A stretch of 64,000 nt of DNA from an uncultured Myxococcales bacterium (GCA_903919145.1 CAIXGW010000139.1:33927-97926), one strand, 5' to 3'. Shown: positions 10,401-18,572, numbered from the stretch's first letter. A program made the numbers and translations. The notes: generated from the sequence alone by a model not told the origin.

Positions 10401-10639
10401 GCAAGCAGGGCCAGCGGCGAGGGGCCGCGCACCGTCAAGAAGCCGCGTCTGGTTTGCTTGGGGTGCAAAGGCCGGCCTGGAAGCCCAGTTTTTGCAGGGG
10501 GAGGGGCAACAGGCACAGGATCTCCCGCTTCAAAAGGTGGCCAGCCAAGGGCGCGCGCATGGTAGCGGATTTGCGCGAAAAGGCAAGCGAAAACCGCGGC
10601 ACTGCGGCCAAGCGCAGCCGGCCAGGGCGCGCAAGCCAT
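7496..10639 (-). CDS. Secreted subtilisin-like serine peptidase (MEROPS S8) with large C-terminal extension; twin-arginine (Tat) signal
   Basis: Catalytic triad motifs VAVLDTGVD (Asp), HGTHVAGIIAG (His), GTSMASPQAAGA (Ser). N-terminal TRRGFLTV Tat motif followed by a hydrophobic/Ala-rich signal region. Exact start uncertain (ORF track start 10639). Stop overlaps the downstream fusion gene start. Confidence 0.8.
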   Translation of the reverse strand: MACAPWPAALGRSAAVFACLFAQIRYHARALGWPPFEAGDPVPVAPPPAKTGLPGRPLHPKQTRRGFLTVRGPSPLALLAAITLCATALTPAAAQAQAAAAAPAAAPASAQSQTWGDYLPAEAMRARSQIQQFPKLDGRGLVVAVLDTGVDPLAQGLQRTSDGRPKVIEALDFSGQGDVTLQPAALSGSGADQVALLTNGKTAAVGKLPAAADGQWWIGSFREKSIGPEKLRDLNKDGRDDGELTVVVWRTGSGPMDARLAIDWDGDGDLAEEPSVRPYRVAQELLLAPQPAGTKVATQLSLAFEPAWATSTAQLHFTDGSHGTHVAGIIAGYQMFGRQGWDGVAPGAQILSLKIGHNARSGGATPTGAFAKALRYAGEWSRSHGLPVVVNASYGIPAGTEGKGDLDREVDRLVQEFPLLTIAFSAGNEGPGLSSVGSPAAADLAMAIGAALPKEAVASLYGGRLDQTELFNFSSRGGELAKPEVVAPGAASASVPVWDGHEIKQGTSMASPQAAGAMLLVWAALLQDGPSNGSGALDRGLHSGIVRRALQFSARPLAGYSPLDQGHGMIDVPAAIALGRRLVKRPESKVLGWNQASHAPRGDGETMPATYLRAGWQSDNPAVFFVDVKAYLPSGWSADQRGQFAQVLDIESQADWLQVLRPRLQVRGERESPFEVRILPAKLKAPGVYVGRLTARDPGAAEDEASFVHQVTVVVPWEASPAEGYAHRWEGVKLRAGKVWRLPIAVPAGAQQAVVTLKRRGSLHSQVALALYDPEGSRQRPVKRWASSKDGTDAEWLAQGEELTPGVWELTASAWIAPGEESVFDVEVRFGTVAQKGRAELAAESGGAPTAKVQLVQHGAAVLRGTARGQLDAWERSQEIKAETDKLSHPITLGPAVSSAEVVLTLDRRLYDTCTDVAVAVRDAAGEVVAESAFGSPRAELRWSRKGAEGRYTLEVSAGFAKVRKDPWKINIKERLILAKPVALQVKGPGEAGAHLQLYPYQSSRWTISAADPLPQPPKGFRVHGRVELLGDDGRTLLLTLPVRSAE

Positions 10640-10756
10640 TGGTGCGGCAGCTTGACCACACCGCCATTTGGCGTCACAGTGTTGCGTGCGCCGCTGCTGG
10701 GCGCTCTTGCCGAACCACGCACGCTGCCCGCAGCTGTTGCAAGTGGTTCTCGGAGA

Positions 10757-11710
10757 ATGACCATGGTGTTCCGCTCACCTCGCCGCCCCCGCGCGCGCTC
10801 CCTCTTGGCCTGGTTGTCTCTGGTTGCGGTGGCCTTTGCTATGGCCTGTTCTGGCCAGAGCATGAAAGACCCTGACAATGATGAGAAAAAAGAAAAGTCC
10901 CGCCCGTTCAAGTCCACCGAGGCCACCAAGGACCGCTTGGACGACAACCAGGGTGACCGCGAGGACTGGCGCTACTGGCTGGCCGAAAAAGACGGCACCG
11001 GCGAGATCCGCGTCGAAGTCAGCAAATGGGAAGACAGCACCACCCTGACCGCCATGGTGACGGTATTCGACGAAGCGGGCACGCGGCTCATCGAAAAGCC
11101 CATGAACCAGTCGTCCAATCCCAAAGTGCAAGAGCAGTTTCCCGTCGAGAGCGGCCGCAAGTACTACGCGCGCTTCAAGCTCATCAGCGGCAAGGGCGAG
11201 TACATTGCTGAGATGAGTGAGCCTTTGGACCCGTGCTCCGCCTGCACTGACAAGCAGGAGTGCCAGGAAGGCAAGTGCGTAGACAAGCCTTGCGGAGGCG
11301 GCTGCCCTGAGGGCAAGGCCTGCGACAAAGAGAAGAACGAGTGCGTCAAGGTCGAGAAGAAGGCTGAGAACAAGTGCGAAGGCGTCACCTGCCCCAAGGG
11401 CGAGGTCTGCCAGCGCGCCACGGGCAAGTGCGTTGTGCCGGTCGCCCGCCCACCGGACCCTGCCGAGCCGGCCAAGCCCACCGGCGTCGACTGCGACGTC
11501 ATTGATGCGCGCGATGCTGGAGGCGGCTCTGTCCTGACGCTTTCGGCCGGAGAGAACCGCGGCGTTCGCAAGGGCATGTCAGGCTCGGTCAAGGGGGTAA
11601 AAGGCGCCAACTTCACCGTGACCGAGGTGTACCCCAGCCGCTGCAAGGCCTCCTGCAAGGTGCCCGCCGCCAAGCTGTCTGGCAAGACCAAAGCCTCGAT
11701 CAAGCTTTGA
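10757..11710 (+). CDS. Hypothetical Cys-rich secreted lipoprotein
   Basis: ATG at 10757 (MTMVFRSPRRPRARSLLAWLSLVAVAFAMAC|SG) gives a signal peptide plus lipobox-like Cys. Lys/Glu-rich region, then a cysteine knot-like segment CSACTDKQECQEGKCVDKPCGGGCPEGKACDKEKNECV...CEGVTCPKGEVCQRATGKCV. The upstream part of the 10244 ORF is rejected as non-coding extension. Confidence 0.55.
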   Translation: MTMVFRSPRRPRARSLLAWLSLVAVAFAMACSGQSMKDPDNDEKKEKSRPFKSTEATKDRLDDNQGDREDWRYWLAEKDGTGEIRVEVSKWEDSTTLTAMVTVFDEAGTRLIEKPMNQSSNPKVQEQFPVESGRKYYARFKLISGKGEYIAEMSEPLDPCSACTDKQECQEGKCVDKPCGGGCPEGKACDKEKNECVKVEKKAENKCEGVTCPKGEVCQRATGKCVVPVARPPDPAEPAKPTGVDCDVIDARDAGGGSVLTLSAGENRGVRKGMSGSVKGVKGANFTVTEVYPSRCKASCKVPAAKLSGKTKASIKL

Positions 11711-11766
11711 GGCCCGCGGTCCATCCCCGGCTGCTGATTCGAGACGAGGCGCCACAAGCCTTGAAA

Positions 11767-13521
11767 GTGTATGCGCCACAGCCACCTCTGCAAACCCTGA
11801 CGCTGGCGCCACCGCCACTGCCCCCGCGCCGCTTGACCCAGCTCGGCCGCACCGTGGGGCTGGTGCTTGGCTTGGCGCTGGTAACAGCTTGTTGCGGAAA
11901 GCAGACACCGTCTCCAGCTATAGCGCCAGCCAGGGCTGAGCCGGCCAAGGTTGGGCCGGTCGGTGCCGGGCCAGTTGGGGCCGCTCAGGCGCCAAGACCT
12001 GCCGTACAGCCTAGAAAAGGTAAAAATCTACTGCAGTTGCCTCATGTGACTCTGGTCGCCGTGACGGACTGGCAGGCCACCCTCAAGCCGTGCGGCTGTA
12101 CCCTGGATCTACAGCGCGGCGGCGTTGAGCGGCTGGCGCATTGGCTGGAACTGCAGCGCAAGCAGGACGATTCTCTGGTGGTGGTCCATGCCGGCAGCCT
12201 GCTGCAAGAGGATGAGCCCCATACTTCGCCGGCCAAGCTGGCCCAGGTAGAGCTGCGGCGCGAGGTATTTGGTCAAGCTTTGAAACAGCTGCAGCTGTCA
12301 GCAGTCGCGCTGTCGCGCTGGGACCTGGCCCAGGGCGGTGCCACCGTTGCCGCTGCCTATCAGAAGCTGGAAGCGGTCGTGCTGACCTTGAGTCCGGCGC
12401 CGGGGCTGCAGACCCGCAAGAGCCTGCTCGTCAAGACGGCCTCTGGCGTAACGGTCGGGCTGTTGGCCGTGGACCCGGCGGATGCGCCAGAGGATTTGGC
12501 CCGCCACCAGCTGGTGGGCGCCGAAGTGCAGGTGCTGCGCCAGCAGGGAGCCCAGCTGGTCGTGGCCTTGGCCAACACCGGTCTGCGGGCTGGTCGAAAA
12601 TTAGCGCGCCAGGTCAAGGGTTTGGATGTGGTGGTCATTGGCCAGCTTGACCCCAAGACCGAGCCGAGCCTGGACCTGGACCGCGAGGGAGACGTGCTGC
12701 TGCTTCACGCCACCCGCCACGGCGCCTGGGCCGCGGCGCTGACGCTGGCGCCAGAGGGCGACGGGTCGTGGCAGGAGGCGTCGCAGTTCTTGCCCGACCA
12801 AGCCGAGGCCCTGCGCGGCCGCATCGCCGTGGCCAGCAAGCACCTGCTGGATCTCAAGGGACGGGCGTCGCTTTCGATCGAGCGGGCATTGCCAATGTAC
12901 CAGGCGCAGTTGGATGACCTGGCGGCTCGCCTCAAGGCCGCCGAGGGGGCAGCCAACCAAGAGCTTCCAGCCGGGCGCTTGGGCGCGTACCGCAGCGTTG
13001 GGCTGGACTGGTCGGCGCCCACCCAGCCCCAATTGGCGGCCCTGGTGGCGGCCTATGACGCCGAAGTGGTCAAGGTTGCCGAAAAGCTGGCATCGACGCC
13101 GCTGCCCCCCAAGGCCGGGCAAGCCAGCTATGTGGGCCAGGCAGAGTGTCTGGGCTGCCATGAAGGCGCCGCAGCCTTTGCCAAGCAGAATCCCCATGCC
13201 AAGGCTTGGAAAACCTTGGCCGATGGCGCTCGCACCCGCGACTTGGACTGCGTGCCCTGCCACACCACCGGCTGGGGAAAGCCGGGGGGAGCGGCGTTTG
13301 CCAACGTGGCAAAGTTCAAAGATGTTCAGTGCGAAGCCTGCCACGGTCCCGGGTCGCAGCACGTGGAGGACCCAGAACAAGCCGGCCTGCTGACTCCAGC
13401 CAACGCCAACGCTTGCGCTCCGTGTCACAGCCCAGAGCACTCGCCGCGCTTTGCCTTTGACTTGTACGTCCGTCAGCTCAAGGTGCTGGGCCACGGCCGC
13501 CCGCCAGTGGCCAAGCCATGA
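11767..13521 (+). CDS. Multiheme c-type cytochrome (four CXXCH motifs in the C-terminal ~130 aa) with a large uncharacterised N-terminal domain; probable lipoprotein
   Basis: Heme-binding motifs CLGCH, CVPCH, CEACH, CAPCH near the C-terminus. N-terminal RRLTQLGRTVGLVLGLALVTAC|CGK looks like a lipoprotein signal. Start is approximate (TTG/GTG candidates at 11761-11767; the ORF track begins at TTG 11707, directly after the upstream stop). Confidence 0.7.
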   Translation: MYAPQPPLQTLTLAPPPLPPRRLTQLGRTVGLVLGLALVTACCGKQTPSPAIAPARAEPAKVGPVGAGPVGAAQAPRPAVQPRKGKNLLQLPHVTLVAVTDWQATLKPCGCTLDLQRGGVERLAHWLELQRKQDDSLVVVHAGSLLQEDEPHTSPAKLAQVELRREVFGQALKQLQLSAVALSRWDLAQGGATVAAAYQKLEAVVLTLSPAPGLQTRKSLLVKTASGVTVGLLAVDPADAPEDLARHQLVGAEVQVLRQQGAQLVVALANTGLRAGRKLARQVKGLDVVVIGQLDPKTEPSLDLDREGDVLLLHATRHGAWAAALTLAPEGDGSWQEASQFLPDQAEALRGRIAVASKHLLDLKGRASLSIERALPMYQAQLDDLAARLKAAEGAANQELPAGRLGAYRSVGLDWSAPTQPQLAALVAAYDAEVVKVAEKLASTPLPPKAGQASYVGQAECLGCHEGAAAFAKQNPHAKAWKTLADGARTRDLDCVPCHTTGWGKPGGAAFANVAKFKDVQCEACHGPGSQHVEDPEQAGLLTPANANACAPCHSPEHSPRFAFDLYVRQLKVLGHGRPPVAKP

Positions 13522-13665
13522 TCAAGGGGCTGGGCAAGCTAGCACCCAAGACCGTGAATTCGATCCGGGTTACACCCGGTTCTTGTTCACGGGTCTTGGC
13601 TACTACTACTGGGTCTTCTTCCGTACCCCAAACCACGTCCGTTCCGGAACCCGGAACGAATTTGG
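13522..13665 (+). repeat. Copy A of a ~150 nt conserved intergenic element (second copy inverted at ~58420-58585); contains perfect palindrome GTTCCGGAAC followed by CCGGAACG
   Basis: By-eye alignment to the reverse complement of 58420-58585 gives about 80% identity over ~135 nt (shared blocks CCCAAGACCGT, GTTACACCCGGTT, TGTTCAC, CTTCCGTACCCCAA, CCGTTCCGGAACC). Sits exactly between the cytochrome stop (13521) and the next gene. Neither translation frame is conserved between the copies (one frame hits a stop in copy B), so it is non-coding. Confidence 0.6.
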
Positions 13666-14414
13666 GGGTTGGGGTACTAGTCAGGGCGCTGTTTGTCTTG
13701 TGGGTCATCGTCGCCGCCACCCAGCCAGGGCTCGCCTTGGCCTCTCAGGACCCGGTCGACCCGCACAGCCGGCCACCGCTGTCGACCGCAACGCCAGAAG
13801 AGCCGGCCGCGCCCAAGGATTTTCTCTACGACGGCAACCATGTTGGCCTGATGCTTGGGCCGGTGTTCAGCGGCCTGGACCGGGCCCTGCCGGGGCTGGA
13901 TCGCAACGGCACGGGGCTGCGCCTGGGCGGGCGGATCTCCGCCATTACCCAGTTCATTGACGGCGGCGTCGACCTGCAGCACGTCGAGCACGGCGGCAGT
14001 GCGGCGAGCCTGAGCCGCACCGAGCTTGGCGTACGGGTTGGCAGCCATCCGGCATTTCCCTTTGTGGTCTTCAACAGTTGGATTAACGATGTCATCAGCG
14101 GCGTCCACCTGTACGTCGGTGCGTCGGTGGGGCGGCTGGCGCTGCAGGGGCAACAGGCGGTGGCGGCGGTGGGGCTGGACGGGACCAGCGCCGTGCAGTG
14201 GCGCCCCAGCGCGCTGGTGGGCGTCGGCGCTGACTTGCCGGTGTCGCCGCGCCATCGCCCCAATGGCTGGTGGTTGACCCTGCGCTATGAGCTGCGCTGG
14301 ACTGGCTTTGGCAGCACCGCGCCGCGCCACAACCTGGACGACAGCATGGTGGGGGTACTGCTGGGCTACCGCAGCTACAACAACAGCTGGGCCCGCTGGT
14401 CTCGGCCCTTCTGA
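13662..14414 (+). CDS. Hypothetical secreted protein, possibly outer-membrane beta-barrel
   Basis: TTG at 13662 gives signal peptide (M)GVGVLVRALFVLWVIVAATQPGLALA|SQDP. Alternating hydrophobic beta-strand-like pattern and Gly-rich turns (e.g. VGSHPAFPFVVFNSW, WWLTLRYELRWTGFG). An ATG at 13518 overlapping the upstream stop exists but would make element A coding, so it is disfavoured. Confidence 0.45.
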   Translation: MGVGVLVRALFVLWVIVAATQPGLALASQDPVDPHSRPPLSTATPEEPAAPKDFLYDGNHVGLMLGPVFSGLDRALPGLDRNGTGLRLGGRISAITQFIDGGVDLQHVEHGGSAASLSRTELGVRVGSHPAFPFVVFNSWINDVISGVHLYVGASVGRLALQGQQAVAAVGLDGTSAVQWRPSALVGVGADLPVSPRHRPNGWWLTLRYELRWTGFGSTAPRHNLDDSMVGVLLGYRSYNNSWARWSRPF

Positions 14415-14458
14415 GGCCGCCCCAACGTCAAAGCGATCGCTGGGTGCTTCTGTGGGGC

Positions 14459-16321
14459 CTAGCGGCGAGCAGCGATGACAAACTCGACCCGGCGGTTCTG
14501 ACGGCGTGCTTCTTCGGTCTTGCCCGCAACAATGGGCTTTTGTAGGCCAAAACCGCGCCATTGCAGCCGGTTGGCCGGCACGCCAAGGACAACCAGCTGG
14601 TCGTGAACGGCGCGGGCGCGGGCCTGAGAAAGAGCCATGTTGTGATCGGCCGTGGCGGCGTCGTCGGTGTGGCCGTCAACAGAGAGCTTTAGAATTTCTG
14701 GGTGTTCCAGCAGCAGCAGAGCCACCTGCAGCAGCAAAGGCCGAAATTCGTCGCGGACCACTGCGCTATCGCTGTCGAATTCGATGCGCTGGGCCACGCC
14801 AATGTGCGAGCCATGCAACCTGGGCGGCGGACAGCCGTTCAGCAGGCGGTGCTCGCTCTTGGGGCCGACCACATTGGGGCAGCGGTCGTCGTCGTCGCGA
14901 ACCCCGTCACCGTCCAGATCGCCTGGACAACCGTTGATGCCCGGCTCGGCGTTGGGCCGGCCCACGTGGTCGGGGCAGGCGTCCTGGGCGTCGGCAATGC
15001 CGTCGCCGTCTCTGTCGGCTGGGCAGCCGCTGCGCTCGGCGCTGCTGGACTCGGGGCCGGCGGTGCCCGGGCAAGCGTCCAGGCTGTCGGGGACGCCGTC
15101 GCCGTCCAAATCCGGGCAGCCGTTGTGATCGCGCCGCGGACTCAGCCGGCCAGGCTGGGCGGGGCACGCGTCGGCGGCGTCGACCGCGCCGTCTCCGTCG
15201 CTGTCTGCCGGGCAGCCGTGGCCGCTGGATTCGCCATGGCGGATGCCGGGCATGGCAGGGCAGGCATCGCGGCGGTCGGCCACGCCGTCGCCGTCGCGGT
15301 CAGGGCAGCCGGGCGACTCGGCGCCCACTCCGGCGGGTCCGGGCTGGTCGGGGCAGGCGTCCAGAGGATCCGGCACGGAATCGCGGTCGCGGTCGACCAC
15401 TACCGCCGCCGCGCCGCAGCCGCCCTGGCGCAAGCCGGCAGTGGCTCGCCAGCTGACCGCGCCGGGGCCTTGCAGGCCGCCGCCGCCCATGCCGGCAAAA
15501 GCCTCCCAATTCTGGCCAAAGCAGCGAGAGCCACCCAGGGTAAACTCCGCGGCGCCGGCGCCGGCGATGCGCGACCACGCCAGCGGCGCTGCCAGAGAGG
15601 CCTCGCCCAGCAGGCCCCAGCCGTCGCCGATAGCTTGACGCAAGCCGATGCCACCTCGCGTTTCCGAGCCAAAACTGGTCGGTCCCAGCTCGACGGGCTG
15701 GCGGGCCCACACTCCCCAGTTGCCCAACGCGCTGGTGCCGCCGCGCTGCCATTCCAGAATGACGCGTACTCCGCCCGAGACACCACTGTCGCCAGCGAAA
15801 CTGCCGCTGCCGGCGCTAGGCAGGCCCAGCTCAGCGCCAAACGCCAGCTGCAGGCCGTTTTGCCTGCCCGGGACGGTCGCCAGGGCTGCTATGCGGATGT
15901 CTCCAAGGGCCGCACCTGAGGGAGGCTGCAGGCCGGCGGCGGATGCTTCGCCGCGGTTGATCACGGCCAAGGGCACGCTCAAACCGGCTGACAATCCTGG
16001 ACTAACTCGCCAGGCAGCGCCCAGCTCCAGGGTGGCAAGGTCAGAGACCACGGCCGCTTCGTTGTGCCCAGAAGCCGAGCCAAACACCAAAGGTCTTGAG
16101 GCCCAGCTGGCAAAGCCGCTGGCCTGCATCGGCGCCTGATCGGCCGCCGCCGGCGCCCACAGCGACAGCCAAGAGCCTGCCCAGGGCGCCGGCTGAAATC
16201 GTTGGAGATTCAACGCTGGCGCGGCAGCACTGGCAGGGCTGACGCCCAAGGCTGGTGCTCCAGCTCCCACCGCGACAAACAACAAGGATCGCAGGATACT
16301 GTGGTCGATGCGTAGCATCAT
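14459..16321 (-). CDS. OmpA-family outer-membrane protein with central thrombospondin type-3 (TSP3) Ca-binding repeats and C-terminal OmpA peptidoglycan-binding domain
   Basis: Six repeats of type DRDGDGVADRRDACPAMPG / DLDGDGVPDSLDACPGTAG. C-terminus NMALSQARARAVHDQLVVLGVPANRLQWRGFGLQKPIV...NRRVEFVI is the OmpA_C signature. Start ATGATG at 16321/16318 gives MMLRIDHSILRSLLFVAVGAGAPALG; the ORF track start 16399 is rejected. Confidence 0.8.
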   Translation of the reverse strand: MMLRIDHSILRSLLFVAVGAGAPALGVSPASAAAPALNLQRFQPAPWAGSWLSLWAPAAADQAPMQASGFASWASRPLVFGSASGHNEAAVVSDLATLELGAAWRVSPGLSAGLSVPLAVINRGEASAAGLQPPSGAALGDIRIAALATVPGRQNGLQLAFGAELGLPSAGSGSFAGDSGVSGGVRVILEWQRGGTSALGNWGVWARQPVELGPTSFGSETRGGIGLRQAIGDGWGLLGEASLAAPLAWSRIAGAGAAEFTLGGSRCFGQNWEAFAGMGGGGLQGPGAVSWRATAGLRQGGCGAAAVVVDRDRDSVPDPLDACPDQPGPAGVGAESPGCPDRDGDGVADRRDACPAMPGIRHGESSGHGCPADSDGDGAVDAADACPAQPGRLSPRRDHNGCPDLDGDGVPDSLDACPGTAGPESSSAERSGCPADRDGDGIADAQDACPDHVGRPNAEPGINGCPGDLDGDGVRDDDDRCPNVVGPKSEHRLLNGCPPPRLHGSHIGVAQRIEFDSDSAVVRDEFRPLLLQVALLLLEHPEILKLSVDGHTDDAATADHNMALSQARARAVHDQLVVLGVPANRLQWRGFGLQKPIVAGKTEEARRQNRRVEFVIAARR

Positions 16322-16421
16322 CGCCTCGTGCAAAGGGCTCCTCTGCACGCCGCAGTATACCGCGGTTCGGGCTTTCCTCACGATCTTGCCGGTTTCCAAA
16401 AATCGCTATTAATTCAGCAGG

Positions 16422-17381
16422 CTATTGCCACAGGCGCGCGCCAATCAGCCAGCTGCTGAGGTCGACGTCCTCTACCCAAAAACCTTCATATCCCAGGTAA
16501 AACTCTACCTGATCGACCACTGCGCCTACACTGCCCCGGGCGGTAGTGACCCAGGCACCGCCCAGCGTGCCGGCATCGCCCTGCAGCGACACGACCAGCG
16601 GCCGCATCGGGTACAGGTCCAGCCCGTACAGCAGATGCCAGCCGCGGTGGCTCTGGTCGCCACCGGGCATCCAGCGGGTGCCAAGGCCCGTCCGAAACTG
16701 CGCGTACTCACTTTGGGCAAATAGCACCGACACGGCGGCGCTGCCGATCCACAGCTGCTCGCGGCTGCCATTTGGGTTGCGCTCTTGGTAGCCGCGCAGC
16801 TCGGCGCCAAGCTCAAAGCGGTGGGCCCCGGACCACAGCACACCGACGGCGCCGCGCTGCAGAGACAGATCGGCCGCGCCGCCCTCCAGGTATAGCCGCA
16901 AGGCGGAAGCCTGGCCCAACAGCCGGCGGCCAGCTTGACCAGGGTCGCCCGGGTGCCCCCCAGAGCCGCCAGGCCCCGGTGGCGTGACCCCGGCGATGCG
17001 CAGATAACCCTGGATGCCATCGATGTACGGTGCCGCAGGGAAGGCCAATTGGCGCTCCCAGTCGTCGGCCATTCCGTGGCCGGGCAGGGTCCACGGCGAC
17101 AGCAGCCACCACCACCAATTGTCGTACAGACCCAGCGAGCCGCCGGTCCAACCTGCCGAACCAGAGCGAGAACCGCTTGAACGGCTCGACGAACTGCTGG
17201 ACGAACTGCCCGAAGATCTGCGGCTGCTGGAGCCACTGCGGACTGCCGACTTGGCCCCAGAGAGCCTTCCGGCAAACGCGGGCTGCGCAGGCAGGGCTGC
17301 CAGGACCACCGCGACCGCCAGTAGCCACGACCAGTGCCTGCGGGGGCTTGAGGGGCGCTGGATCGACGCTGAGCCTGCCAT
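16422..17381 (-). CDS. Hypothetical secreted protein with Ser-rich low-complexity linker
   Basis: ATG at 17381 preceded by AAGGTGG. Signal peptide MAGSASIQRPSSPRRHWSWLLAVAVVLAALPAQPAFA|G, then an SSSRRSSGSSSSSSSSRSSGSRSGS linker and a beta-rich C-terminal domain ending ...ARLWQ. An alternative-frame Arg-rich ORF (16526-17611) is rejected. Confidence 0.5.
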   Translation of the reverse strand: MAGSASIQRPSSPRRHWSWLLAVAVVLAALPAQPAFAGRLSGAKSAVRSGSSSRRSSGSSSSSSSSRSSGSRSGSAGWTGGSLGLYDNWWWWLLSPWTLPGHGMADDWERQLAFPAAPYIDGIQGYLRIAGVTPPGPGGSGGHPGDPGQAGRRLLGQASALRLYLEGGAADLSLQRGAVGVLWSGAHRFELGAELRGYQERNPNGSREQLWIGSAAVSVLFAQSEYAQFRTGLGTRWMPGGDQSHRGWHLLYGLDLYPMRPLVVSLQGDAGTLGGAWVTTARGSVGAVVDQVEFYLGYEGFWVEDVDLSSWLIGARLWQ

Positions 17382-17526
17382 GAAGCCACCTTTTGAAGCC
17401 ACCATGGCCCCAAGCAAACTACAACGTCCGGACCGCGTCTGCCATTCGCTCTGGAGGTCCTGCTGGCGGATTCCTTGACCGCAGCGGCTGGCGCCCTATC
17501 CTCGCCGCCGCTCGACCGAGGTCGCC

Positions 17527-18555
17527 ATGCCAAATCTTGCCCCGCCCGACTCTCTGCAACGCGACACCCAGCCCGACCTGCTGATCGCGGCGCCAGAGCT
17601 GCCGTCCGCACCGCCCCTTGCGCCCCAGCCGCCTGTGGGAGCTCCAGAGCTGCGCATGGTGGACCTGCGCGACCTGCGACCGGATCCCAACCAACCCCGC
17701 AAGTACTTTGGTGAAAAGGACCTAAAGGAGCTGGCGGCGTCGATCCGCAGCGTTGGGCTCATCCAGCCGATTGCAGTGCGGCCATCCTTTGCTGGCACCT
17801 ACACCATTGTGGCGGGCGAGCGACGCTTCCGGGCCTACCAGTGGCTGGCGGCTACCTTTCCTGAGTTTCAGCAGATTGCCGCGATTGTTCAGGACCGCAA
17901 CGACGCCGACAGTGCGCTGGCGGCCCTGATTGAGAACGTGGTCAGAGAAGACCTCAACCCGATCGAGCGGGCTGAGGCCTTGCGCGAGCTCAAAAAGCGC
18001 ATGAACGCCACCTGGGAGGGCGTGGCAGAGCGGGTGGGCATCAGCGTGCGCCATGTGCACTTTCTGACAGGAATGCTTAAGCTCAATGCGGATTTCCGCC
18101 AGGCTCTGAGCGATCAAAGCATGACCGAGAAGCACGCCCGCGCCCTGCGCAAGCTGGCCGGCGATCCCAAGGGCGCCTGGCAGTTGTTTGAGTACTTCAA
18201 GGCCCATCCGCAGCTGACCGGCGACGAGGCGATTGCCCTGGCGGCGGCGATGGGCAAGCACCCGGGTACTGCGCCCGAGGCCGCCCAAGCCCTTCTGCAG
18301 CAAGGCAAGATTGCTCCGCCCAAGCCGCGCGCGCCCAGGCTGCCTGCGTCCGATGGCAAGCCGGCGATAGACAGCCAGGCGATGGCCCAGGCGCTGCAGG
18401 GTTTGACCGCGTTCTTGGATGCCGCCACCGCCGTGGTGCCTACCGACCTGGACGTGCAGCAGCAGGCGCGCCTGCGCTTGACCGCAGAGCAGGCCCAGCA
18501 GCAGCTAGCAAGCCTGCTGGCGGCGCTGCCCTTGCAGAAGGTCTCTGAGGGCTAA
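17527..18555 (+). CDS. Orphan ParB-like protein (ParB/Srx N-terminal domain + HTH), no adjacent parA
   Basis: After a Pro-rich N-terminus comes the ParB-box region ...GLIQPIAVRPSFAGTYTIVAGERRFRAYQWL and the arginine-patch GERRFRA, then an HTH-like region GVAERVGISVRHVHFLTGMLKL. GAGG SD 8 nt upstream of ATG 17527. Confidence 0.7.
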   Translation: MPNLAPPDSLQRDTQPDLLIAAPELPSAPPLAPQPPVGAPELRMVDLRDLRPDPNQPRKYFGEKDLKELAASIRSVGLIQPIAVRPSFAGTYTIVAGERRFRAYQWLAATFPEFQQIAAIVQDRNDADSALAALIENVVREDLNPIERAEALRELKKRMNATWEGVAERVGISVRHVHFLTGMLKLNADFRQALSDQSMTEKHARALRKLAGDPKGAWQLFEYFKAHPQLTGDEAIALAAAMGKHPGTAPEAAQALLQQGKIAPPKPRAPRLPASDGKPAIDSQAMAQALQGLTAFLDAATAVVPTDLDVQQQARLRLTAEQAQQQLASLLAALPLQKVSEG

Positions 18556-18572
18556 TCCTCAGAATCGGCGCA

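Noticed and set aside
13518-13661. Reading conserved element copy A as the N-terminus of the OMP-like protein (ATG 13518 overlapping the cytochrome stop)
   Set aside because: The corresponding frame in copy B contains an in-frame TGA and amino-acid conservation is no better than nucleotide conservation. A 48-residue hydrophilic leader before a signal peptide is also atypical.
13677-14561. 294 aa minus-strand ORF overlapping the OMP-like gene, and 16526-17611 minus-strand ORF overlapping the Ser-rich secreted protein gene
   Set aside because: These are Arg/Pro-rich translations without a signal or motifs. The alternative frames have signal peptides and beta-strand periodicity.
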